Shown here: in pieces, positions 1-10,347 of the stretch
How the letters are laid out: each line of letters opens with the position of its first letter
Numbering within the stretch: the first letter of the stretch is position 1
Source: Phallusia mammillata
Lineage: Eukaryota
Assembly (NCBI GenBank): GCA_965637545.1
Contig: OZ281495.1
Coordinates: forward strand, 14,818,001-14,882,000
Length of the DNA stretch: 64,000 nt
Reading direction: 5' to 3'
Notes under the pieces: model-generated
Told to the model about the DNA's origin: nothing
Seen by the model: the letters and a program-made list of their open reading frames with translations, nothing else
Databases searched by the model: none
Position numbers and translations under genes: made by a program

Positions 1-128
1 TCTTTCCAACTTACATGAAAATAGTATTGGTTTTCTACAACCAGATTGTTTTTCTCTGAGTTTAAGTTTAACACTAGTAGAGTAATTTAGACCATTTCTT
101 TAAAATTAGCCACAGAATTGTTGTGTAG

Positions 129-1330
129 ATAATGGTGGACAAACTCTTAATGGCGGGAACAACTGGCCATTGCGAGGAAGAAAGGCATCATTGTGGGAAG
201 GTGGTGTGAGGGGTGTTGGATTGGTGCATGGTGCTGGAATTGTTGACAAAGGTCGAACTAGCAGGGGTATGTTTTACTTTATACTTATATCTCCAGTGGT
301 ATATAATTTTTTAGTGATTTCATTCAATGACTTTTAGGAATAGTCTTCATGCCAATTTAAATTTCTGGTTTACTTGTCTATTACAGAGCTGATGCATGTA
401 TCTGATTGGTTCCCAACACTGCTTCATGTTGCTAATACAACTACATCTGGAACTAAACCCCTTGACAGCCACAATGTTTGGGATGCAATATCCAGCAAGA
501 ATGGTCATTCACCAAGAACTGAGTTGCTTCACAACATTGATCCTGAATTTACTCGTCCTTTTGGACCAACACCACCGATGACCCCATACCCAAACAAGCA
601 TGGAGTTGACACTTTGAAAGGTCACACTGCATTAAGGTGGTTGAACTGGAAGCTTTATACTGGAGATCCAGGTATGATTGCTTATTGAAAAAATGGATTA
701 TCGCTTGTTTGCAACATTGTGTATTTTCAACTTTTTTATTTTCACTGAGTGTTTACATTTTTTGCCCTACAACTGTCAAAAAAAGAATCTAAAAACATTC
801 ACACCGTATTTTTACCATAACCAATTTGCATAAACATGTATGGGACCCATTTGTTTTTCCTTGTAAAACCAATCATGTCAGTGGGTCAAATGGTGTATAT
901 ATTAAATCGGTATATAGGACATGGAATATATATAAATATATAGAAACACTTTTTATCATGCCCAAATTATTTGTTAACAGGATCATTTTTGTCTCATTAT
1001 CTGCATGTAGGTTATTCTTCCATCGATCCACCCCCAACTCTGTACAGAAATCAAACAGTTGATACATCATGCCTAGTCTCTGATGGTTATCACCCAGATT
1101 GCAAAGAACCACTTAAAGCACCAGAACCATTACCAAGTGTCCGATTGTTTGATATTACAGCTGATCCTTCAGAAAATGTTGATGTAGCTAAATATTTTCC
1201 TTTGATTGTTGATGAGATGCTGGGAAAGATAGCTGCTTACAACAAAACTGCAGTTCCTATAGCTTGGCCTGGGGGTGACAAAAACTGTGATCCCGCATTG
1301 CAAGATAATGTCTGGGGACCATGGAAGTGA
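129..1330 (+). CDS. ARSB: Arylsulfatase B/I/J-like sulfatase, 3' part only (5' end outside window); exons 129-266, 387-671, 1011-1330
   Basis: The spliced translation gives [75 protein letters not shown] and C-terminal VWGPW, all hallmark ARSB/I/J motifs. GT-AG junctions are phase-consistent (all phase 1). Exact paralog assignment is uncertain. Confidence 0.9.
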
Positions 1331-1664
1331 TATTTTAGTCACATGACACGCGCATGGCATGAAGCAAATTTATCATATAATGTGAAAAAAATACTACTCT
1401 CATGGCAGTTTGGAATCTTATATCTTATTGTTATGTTATCTACTGCTCTTAACGTTTTTTAGATAGCAGTTGTTTTATACCATGTTGCAATGTCTCTATT
1501 ATTCACATCTTCTATTCAAAAATTTGTGCTTTCATGAACAATATGTCGATATATGTACTTAAAAATCAAGATCACTTTTTAAATGTCACTGTATCTTCAT
1601 TTATTTCTGCGCTGAATTAATACACCTTCTATGCATTCCAGCAGTTGTTATAGTTTTTTTAATC

Positions 1665-2411
1665 ATGGAAAGTAATGTCAAATATAAAGAGAAGAAATAT
1701 TGGAACTTGCGTTATGCTGAAGAAGATTGCTATGAATGGTTCAAAGACTACAGTTTTTTCAGAATGTTTATCAGGAGGTATGTCAAAAGTAATGACAAAA
1801 TACTGATGTTGGGATGCGGAAACAGCAAGTTAAGTGCAGACATGTATGCCGATGGGTTTAAGAATATTGTCAATGTCGACTACTCTGAAGTGTGCATACA
1901 GAATATGAGAGAAAAACACATAGACTGTCCTGGCATGATGTGGATGACCATGGATATAAAGGATTTAAAATTTGATGATGCTGAGTTTGATGTTATCTTG
2001 GAAAAGGGCACACTTGATGCTTTGCTAGTTGATGAACCTGATCGGTGGCAATTAAGCGAGCCCGCATATAAAACGATGGAAACAATTTTGCTTCAGTGTG
2101 GTCAACTTCTGAAGACTGGTGGAAAATTTTTGTCAATTACTTTTGAGCAACCTATGTTCCGCAAACGTATTTATGCAAGAAAATGTCTTAATTGGAGTGT
2201 AAACTACCATACAATAGGCGACACTGGGTGCATTGAATACTTTGTGTATTATATGACCAAGGGGGAGGAACTGTCCCAATCTGACCAGGACTATGAACAA
2301 GCAGTTTCACAGCGTCGCCAACTCTGGTTGAATGAAACAAACTTGCCAACAACATTGGTATCATCGCACCAAGAAGAAAATGATTTCACAAAAATCATGG
2401 TTGATAGTTAA
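1665..2411 (+). CDS. EEF1AKMT4: EEF1A lysine methyltransferase 4-like (class I SAM-dependent methyltransferase), single coding exon, 248 aa
   Basis: Contains YW..RY...YEWF, motif I ILMLGCGNSKLS, NVDYSEV, TMDIKDL and FDVILEKGTLDALL..E.D.W, which match EEF1AKMT4 (the ECE2 N-terminal methyltransferase). Confidence 0.9.
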   Translation: MESNVKYKEKKYWNLRYAEEDCYEWFKDYSFFRMFIRRYVKSNDKILMLGCGNSKLSADMYADGFKNIVNVDYSEVCIQNMREKHIDCPGMMWMTMDIKDLKFDDAEFDVILEKGTLDALLVDEPDRWQLSEPAYKTMETILLQCGQLLKTGGKFLSITFEQPMFRKRIYARKCLNWSVNYHTIGDTGCIEYFVYYMTKGEELSQSDQDYEQAVSQRRQLWLNETNLPTTLVSSHQEENDFTKIMVDS

Positions 2412-2576
2412 TACATGTATCAAACAGTGCAAACTGCTGTTTTGAACTCATTTTGTGAATACACTAAACACAACTTAAACCTGATAGTACTTGGACTGGC
2501 CAACCGTAATACTCAACTGGGGTTGGCTGATGCTTTATGCCTAAAGCAGTTTCTCATTTCACAGCAAACACACATA

Positions 2577-2582
2577 TTTATT
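2577..2582 (-). terminator. Candidate polyadenylation signal (AATAAA) for WRAP73
   Basis: TTTATT on + strand about 120 nt past the WRAP73 stop codon. Confidence 0.5.
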
Positions 2583-2648
2583 CTATTTTAAAACTATCTG
2601 TAACAGATCAAAGGGCATTCGTGTCATGAATTAGTCACTGAATGCAAA

Positions 2649-2654
2649 AATAAA
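2649..2654 (+). terminator. Candidate polyadenylation signal (AATAAA) for EEF1AKMT4
   Basis: First AATAAA seen after the stop at 2411; a second copy lies at 2690-2695. Confidence 0.5.
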
Positions 2655-2702
2655 AATACTTTTACCCCAGAATATGTGCTACAGCAAAAAATAAAAAATA
2701 CT

Positions 2703-4662
2703 TTATGTTGGGGAATTTTCAAGATAACATATGCATGTTTGTTCTTTGCTCAACAATAAAATTGATCGGCCATTGGGATGCCATTTCAATGAATAAACAT
2801 GAAATGTTGCACTTATAGGCACTTGGACAGATACTGAACCAGAAGGTGACCACAAGTAAATCTTGTCATTTCCAGTGCACAAGGCGAGACGGCTTTTGCA
2901 TGGATCCCACCTAACAAAAACATATATTAAACAGTATTCTTGTAATAATGTAATTTTAGTGACTTATTTTATAACAGTGCTATGCAACCTCATTCCACTT
3001 GTTTAGGGTTTAAAGTTACAAATAGGAAACACTGTTTGTGGCCATTTTTCAGGACTGTTGTGCTTCATTTAATCAGCAAAGACACAGTTATAACTGTGTT
3101 TCATTTGATTTAATTTTGGAAAAAGCTTTTTGTTGGGGAGTTCGACCCCTTATGTTTTGTGAACAGCTGAAGAAGTCCAACTGAATCGAAAATTTCTGTT
3201 TATTTCGGGTAATATAAATTCATGTCTAAATGGGCTCCGGCTAAAACAAAATTTGTTTGCACATGTACTTTAACACTACAGTCCAGCATTTTTACCAGTT
3301 TTAAAATCTGCCAATAAATGAGAATTACTTGATGATCACAAGGTGATTGGTTTCAACTATCAGTGATTATGTTTATTTAATTATTGATTGTCGGAGGTCT
3401 ACTTTTTCAAAAGTTTTCATGCTAACATCTTTAAATCTGGTTTAAGCCAACCTGTTTTGGTGGAGTAATAGTATAGGAAACCACTAAATCCCTTGCTGCA
3501 ATAAAAACAACCAACTTATGATAAAAGTTTACCTTGCACACTTGATAGGTGAAGTCTGTTTTAATACAACAAACAGACAAAGTTTTTGCATGCTCCAAAT
3601 ATGCATCGCTGTACGCATGCTGTCATCAATTGTGGCAAGGTACTTGTTATCGGGGCTAAACTCCATCCAATTGACTCCAATTTTGGGATTAGGTTTTTCT
3701 GGGTCAGGTAGACAGCATTCCAACTCTACAGGCAATGTTAAAAATTCATACTTGCTCTGAGTGCTGAAAATTGTTGGTGGTGCATTTAAGTTTGTGTTTT
3801 CATGCTTTGGAATTTCTGGGCGGGACTCCTTTTCTCCATACACAACCACATTTGAAGCCTGGACGGTGGATGTATGTGAAAACTCAGATATGCTTTTCCA
3901 TGTAATGTGGTTTAGTAACCGGACTTTTTGATCATAACTGCCCACAGCTAAAAATTGACTGGTGGGTGACCAAACAGCTCGCTTAACACCCAAAGCCCAT
4001 TCATATGCTTTGTAAGTGCTCAAACATCGCCCATCCATGGTGTAAATAAGAATCTTATACCATAGACAATGGTCCCAGACACATATGACCCTTCCATCTG
4101 GTGACCATTTTAATCCACTAAGATCTTCTGTATCAGTCTCAAACAGATTCATAAGCTGCCATGAATCAACAGCAAATACACTGACACAGTCTTTGCACTT
4201 TCTGCACTCAGCAAGAGCCAGGTACTTGCCATCTGAGGAAAAACTGAGGCACTCTTTTGCATTTTTAACAAACCTAATGTAGGATATTGATTTGTTCACA
4301 AGTGACCAAACAGTCACTCTTAGGTTGAAACTGGCAGCAGTCAATACATGTCTACCATCAGGACTCCACAGAGCATGAATTAAACCAGCAGAACCCTCAT
4401 CGATTTTGCAAGTCCAGTCTGGTTGGTCAATTGACCAAACCTGACACATGCCACGTTTATACATTGCGCAAAGTAAAAACTGTGAGTCTGAGGACCAGTC
4501 TACAGCTTGAATTGCATCAACACAGGTGTAGAGTCGAATGATTTGCAAAGTTTCAACATCTCGTATTATCACTTTGTATGACACACAGTTCACCAAGTAT
4601 TGACCGTCTGGTGAAAACTTGCATAGCCCCTGCGATTGTTTAAACAATTCCGAAAAATTCAT
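2703..4662 (-). CDS. WRAP73: WD repeat protein WRAP73/WDR8, 445 aa; exons 4662-3533 and 2910-2703
   Basis: N-terminus MNFSELFKQSQGLCKFSPDGQYL, plus WTCKIDEGSAGL, WSPDGRH and WSPTSQFLAVGSYD. A phase-2 intron (3532-2911, GT-AG) joins to RWDPCKSRLALCTGNDKIYLWSPSG...WHPNGRSILLLSKEQTCICYL, stop at 2705-2703. Confidence 0.95.
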
Positions 4663-4808
4663 CCTTGCACATCAACTAAAATTAAAACATCCAATACACT
4701 TCCTGATAAAAAATTGATGTTTTTGTGTACAACCTCTTATACTTTTGTATCTGTTTTCTTTCATAAACACACACATTTACTCAGTTAGAAAGGCACCATG
4801 CTTTAATC

Positions 4809-4987
4809 CAGGGGTTCTTAACCAGGGGTGCACACACCCCCAGGGGGTACTGTTGCTAGGGGTGCGGGAATGCTGAATCATTAAGGTTGGTTAGGTCTAT
4901 TCTATATAAATACAAAAACCTAGGGGGGTGCAAAATTGGTTGGTGATTTAAAAGGAGTGCAACAAGGAAAAAGGTTAAGAACCACTG
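4809..4987. mobile_element. hAT (Charlie-like) MITE, 179 bp
   Basis: 15-bp TIRs CAGGGGTTCTTAACC / GGTTAAGAACCACTG (1 mismatch). 8-bp TSD CTTTAATC (4801-4808) / CTCTAATC (4988-4995). Confidence 0.85.
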
Positions 4988-5476
4988 CTCTAATCAGTTA
5001 AGACAATTACTTTTATTTTTTTTTTAGGCATCCTTCTTGGGATCTCTTTTAATGGTTAAAGAATCTCAGTTATATACATGGATGCAAGGTTCAACAATCA
5101 ATATTTAGAATGCATCCCATTTCTAAGGCATACAAAATGGGTTGTGACAGGTAAAAAATACTTTAATTTTACAAAATACCATATTTTACAAACCAAATGT
5201 CAAGGCAACATTAAACAGTACAAGAGTAGTCTGCAGTGCTTGTTACTTAGCATTAACTGGGAAAAGTTTGAAAAAGAGGTAAAACTACAATTGAAATAAG
5301 CAATACACAAAAGTTACGGATTATAGAAATATTTTAGCAATTTAAGTTTCCAATCAACATAAACTTGTTTTGTAAAAACATTTCATTTGCATGCCATTCA
5401 ATTCTAACGAACTATTTTCTGGCCGAATAATTGGTCTCAGCCTAACTATTTATTACAGTTTCGGTTAACTTTTCAT

Positions 5477-6895
5477 GAGTAACACTAAAAGAAGAAAAAC
5501 GGGAAATGTTTCTTTTTTATTAACATATTGATTTTACTCAAATTGTTTGTTTGTTTTTCTTTTTTTTTCTTCCCAAAGTTTGTCCAACTCGTTTTGCCAT
5601 CAAATGTTTGATGGATTTGGGTGAAATCTACACAGATGGTAGATATGGTTATGTAGATGTGCATCCCACTTTGTTTTTGTTGATAACCCCAGTATTTACC
5701 TCGCTAGCCCCCTAAAATGGGTATTTTTCCCCAAAGTTTGTCCGACTCGTTTTGCCATCAAATGTTTGATGGATGTGGCTGAAACTTATACAGATGGTAG
5801 ATATAGTTATGTAGATGTGCATCCCACTTTGTTTTTCTTGATAACCCCAGTATATACCCCACTAGCCCCCTAAAATGGGTGAGTTTTTTAAACAGTGTGA
5901 GAATTGGCTGAAATTTGGATAGCTTGTAGAGTATGCCATTTATGGGTGTCAATTGTTGTGTTCAACCCTGTAGCCCTAACATTTACCCTACAGAGCCCCC
6001 AAAGTGTAAAATGTATTTGTATGTTACTGGGCACCACAAACGAAAGATTTCTGTGGCGCAATAGTGTTACAAGGGCAACCAGTTGTATGTTACTCGTTTG
6101 CGACTTTGTGGGTTGCTTGGTGGATGTTTTTGTGTGGGCTTGTTAACAGCCCTATGACATCAGAAACATTCCCAGTTCTCAAAACACCTCTAGTGGTCGA
6201 AATTTTAAACTTTGGCGAATTGGGCTGAAATTTTGCAGTACTATTGATTGCATCATAGAGGTTTCATATATTTTTAGTTTGTGTGTCGGACCACATTAGT
6301 TACCCCACTAGCCCCCTAAAATGGGTGAGTTTATTAAACAGTGTCTGGATTGGCTAAAATTTAGGTAGCATGTGGAGTGGACTATGCTATTTGTAGGTTT
6401 CGATTGATGTGTTTTACCTTGTAGCCCCAACTCAACTAGCCCCCTAAAATAAATGAAATTTTCAACTTTGCATGTGTGGGGACCCATGAGTTTCTGCCTG
6501 CACAAACGACTATGGTTATAAAAGACGATGGCTAATAGTAATATGGGACCCAATACAAAATAAGCATAGGAAATATATTTATGTTTTAAAATAGGTTATG
6601 GTGTAAATGCAACAACAAAATGTGCTAAGCCACCCTTCTAGTTTCTATTAATGTTTTTAACGAATTAGAACGGCATAAAAAGCAAATAAAGAAGCATTTC
6701 CCGTTTTTCTGCTTTTTTGTATTTTGAAATCTTATGAAACAAGAAATTTCACTCTTTTCCTGTTTTCTGCAATTATTTTTTCCCTCTTTTAGTAAACATA
6801 AATTTCCCTTTTTTCTGCCTTTTCTTTCTTTTCTGCTTTTAGTGTTGATTTCCTGCTTTTCCCACTTTTCTGTTTTTCTTCTTTTAGTGTTACCC
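5477..6895. mobile_element. Non-autonomous Mutator/Foldback-like DNA element carrying internal tandem repeats
   Basis: TIR GAGTAACACTAAAAGAAGAAAAAC (5477-5500) matches the reverse complement of 6872-6895 at 23/24. 9-bp flanking duplication ACTTTTCAT (5468-5476) / ACTTTTCAC (6896-6904). The right arm is long and modular (~6685-6895). Confidence 0.7.
5572..6460. repeat. Tandem/patchwork repeat: two 158-bp units (5572-5729, 5730-~5880) plus three diverged related monomers
   Basis: CTAGCCCCCTAAAAT recurs at 5704, 5862, 6308 and 6436. A TGGCTGAAA-like motif recurs at ~5618, 5777, 5905, 6221 and 6350. Segment ~5859-6010 resembles ~6305-6460. Confidence 0.9.
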
Positions 6896-7199
6896 ACTTT
6901 TCACATATAACAGACGCTTATTATTTCGAAGTGCTACAACTGCAAGTCAGAACGAAAGTTCTTCAAAATACGTTAATTCGCAAAACCGCGAAACATAACG
7001 AAGTAAATATTTCAACCGTCCCTCGGTCGGTTAACCCCGATACGGGTCAGCAGTTTGTTGGAGATATTTTGTTTTTTCAGGGAACCCAGAAAAAAAACAA
7101 GTTTGATATTACATGATTCGCTTAATAAAATCATTTGAGAGAAAATTTAGATCTAAAGGTATCTATCTTTAAAAAAATATAGACCAAGTTTTCACACAA

Positions 7200-7300
7200 A
7201 ATAGCGCACGTGATATGGAACTTCCTGTTGTTTTTACATCGGTATACGCAGACGCTTGACTCGCGTGTTGGTTGATTCTTTCGCATACGTTGGAAAATAC
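7200..7300 (-). promoter_or_regulatory. Candidate housekeeping promoter, possibly of WRAP73 or bidirectional
   Basis: E-box CACGTG (7207-7212) and ETS ACTTCCTG (7220-7227) at the CpG-poor to CpG-rich transition. WRAP73 has a splice acceptor (TTTTAG, 4677-4676) 13 nt before its ATG, so its start site lies further upstream. Confidence 0.35.
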
Positions 7301-7352
7301 AATTTTACCATTTTTTTGGACCGACTGTTAAGGTTGTAATTTCACATGTATC

Positions 7353-7533
7353 CAGTGGTGGGATTCAAATTTTTTTGTCAACCGGTTCTATCACAAAGGT
7401 CATATTTTTCAGCCAGTTTTGTTACAAAAAGTCCGTTGACCGTAACCAGTAATGCTAACCCGTTCGCTTATCTCATAAAATTTCGTGAGACGGTTCTATA
7501 GAACCGGTGCGAACCGGCTGAATCCCATCACTG
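7353..7533. mobile_element. hAT MITE, 181 bp, young
   Basis: TIRs CAGTGGTGGGATTCA / TGAATCCCATCACTG (1 mismatch). Perfect 8-bp TSD CATGTATC (7345-7352, 7534-7541). Subterminal AACCGG repeats. Confidence 0.92.
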
Positions 7534-7983
7534 CATGTATCCACTTGTGCTTTAATTTGCATCTCCATCTCCCTTGTTATCAGTGAAAGCTAGATGTTTT
7601 GGGCATAGTTAGTAAGTATTAAAGTGAATATCATTGTCAGTTTAAGTTGTGCTTAAAATGAACCTTGGGCCATTTGGGGCAATTATATGTCCTGTTGCTT
7701 GTCAAAGCAGTGAATATCGATTGGTAAAGTTAACAACAGGCATTGTAGACTTAGCGCGTCTGGTAGCGTTTTCACTTAAGTTATTTCAAATCGCGTCTAA
7801 AGTCAATAAACACGCATCATTATCATTTTAGGGCTGTGTCGTGCCAGGGTCTTAGTGCACAGAAAGCCATTGTGTTGTCCTCTCAACACAAATTGAATGA
7901 AGTTTGGCACTGACAAAGACGCGACCTGAAAATATCTTTACTAATAAAACGTGAAAGTCTATTCGTCGTCGCTTCTCTTGAGC

Positions 7984-8809
7984 ATGGAACATGCCATTAT
8001 TACCGCCCGCGAAGACATAACGATTTCCTTGAGAGTGAGTCTAACCAATAAGCTAGTTTGGATTTGTAGTTCTAGCAACTCGACTGATCGTAATACCAAC
8101 AGCTGCTGGGTCAGTTTAGGCGTGGATTAAACCGTGCGCGATATCTCGAGTGTTGTATGACGATTTTGCGATGTAAGCTTATGACGAGAGCATGGTCGTG
8201 TCGTCGCAAACATGGAAATGGGCGCATCAAACAGTTTTTTTTACCGTTTGTTCATTTCCTTGTTTCAATCCCAGTTGAGAGAGATAGTGAGTGAATTCAG
8301 TCGTGTAAAATGTTTTTGGTGATTTTCCCCAAATAAATAAAAGTTAAATTTGTGAAGAATTAGCATGCTACTATTGGTGCAAAAGTAATGCTCTGCCTTA
8401 TAGACAGTGTTAGGAATATACTGCGTACAGATAGCATCAAATCAAGGACCGACAAGTATGTGTGTGGGCAGGCTAGTGGATTCAATATTGCCTTGCCGAA
8501 GAAGATAGTGCTTACTACTTAGCATGCACATTTAGCGGGAACTGCTGATAACGTATATGCACACAAGATAGAATAAGACAGAAAGCGTCAATCGTTATAT
8601 TGCAACACTGGTTAGAGTCAGGCACAATAATATGATTGGGAAAAACTAACAACCCAGGGCGGCCAGCAGTAACGTGTATTTTAGTATAGTTTGGTCAGTT
8701 AAAAGTATTAGTAATAAAACTTTCGCAAAGGTTTGCCAGCTTGTACGCCCTCGACAAACTTAAACAACCTGCGTACAAATCGGCGTCTTGTCAGAAGAGG
8801 CCCAGGTGA
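7984..8809 (+). CDS. Speculative small multi-exon ORF (87 aa) with a 12-nt microexon; exons 7984-8034, 8103-8172, 8275-8286, 8404-8455, 8731-8809
   Basis: Consensus donors GTGAGT, GTAAGC, GTGAGT and GTATGT with AG acceptors chain into one open frame. No recognisable homology. Confidence 0.25.
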
Positions 8810-10347
8810 CCACAACAAAAGAACTATCGGTTAATATGTAACAGTTGGAGAGGAATATGACGACTTTAATGCGCGGACTTGCGTTCGTATTGCTTGGGAA
8901 ATAAATCTGGTTGCTCGAAATTCCTGACATACAAAGCGGTCATTACCAGACTGTTTGGCCGGGGTAGCCTTTTGAATGATTTATGTGTTTGGCGAGTAAC
9001 CGTTAACTTTTAGATTCATTATTTACTTTGGTAGGTCAAATAAAGATTCTCAGATCAAACATGGGAAAAACCTATTGTACAGAATATAACGGCTGTTACT
9101 AATTGCTTTTTACAATCAATAGCTAATTGACGAAAAGTCGAGTATGTTGTCCGTGTAAGGTACATATAGATACATTATTCAGTTTGCTTTGCGCAAGAAC
9201 AGTAAGTGTGGGGTTTAGGCCCAGTATGTGATTACCTGGACCAACACTCAATGTGCGATAAATTGGCAGATTTCATAATTCGTAAACAAAGCAAAAGCTC
9301 TCGCTCTTTAGTTATGACAGGTGGTCGTTTCCAAAAATAGCTGTTTAACGTTAAATCTTTACAAGGTTGTGAGAAGAAAAGAATAACATAAAGGTCTATT
9401 ATTGTGACACAGTGGAGAGCAAACACACATGGCAATTATATCAAATGGGGTGCCTTGCTCGAGACTGACTCAATGTGTCTGGTCAGTTCATAAAAGCCGC
9501 CTTTATATGCACAATATTTTGTTTGTGTTTTGTTAGTTTTGCGTAGCGAATACCACAATGGTAAATAAATGGACCTTTAGCACGCTTCTAGTATGTTCAG
9601 TAGGACAGATTTTATGGCGCATAAGTTATACCTTGGCATGGTGATATGTCGCTTTGCTAATCGGCATGGAAATCCACGAACAAATAATAGCGTGGCGCCC
9701 ACAGCAACTGAGTAAACATGTCGACAAGATGAAATGTGGTCCAACACGACCAGTAATAAGCCAAAACATACAATACTGGTGGAAATTAAATTCTCTACTC
9801 TGCTGCTAAGGGGTGTTTGTATTTCCTTGCAAGTGAAAGTGGAAGTCAAGATTCTTGCTATGGTGTTCTGAATTCGCTAATTAATATAAAGGCATTGAGT
9901 TTTATACTGGCAGGGTTAATTTCCAATATCAACTATGATGGAATTAATAGCAACGATGGAAAGTTAACTAACTTTTAAAATAATCTTCGTTTTAAAAATG
10001 ACATTTTGTGCATCTGTAAAGTTATTTTCAGAAAGGTATAAGCTTATTAATAAAATCGAGCTGTGCCTTTCACGATGTAAAGGTTTTCGAAAGACATATA
10101 TTTCAGTAAAAAAAGTATTTTTGCTGTTAAAAAGCTGTATCATCAGTCTGTTTTTGATTTACTTCTGTAGAATCAATTTTAGCGAAAATAGTGCCATGAA
10201 GAAACCAGTGTTTTTCCCAACAGGCATTTCTTAAATTTAAGCGATCTAGTCGTAAAATGTAACTCTAGGTTTTCAGTAACCTCTTATTACTGGCATAAGA
10301 AGCTCACACTCATAGCACATTGCCGCAAACTTTCTTTTGCATACGAA

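Noticed and set aside
374-688. ORF-track starts and ends for 374, 971, 43026, 51888 and the UNC-45 fragments as separate proteins
   Set aside because: They are exons of spliced genes with read-through into flanking introns.
5572-6460. Repeat array as CRISPR-like
   Set aside because: Sequences between the conserved motifs are homologous to each other rather than unique spacers; eukaryotic context; no cas genes.
6625-6897. 90-aa Lys-rich ORF (-)
   Set aside because: It is the translation of the T-rich modular TIR of the transposon.
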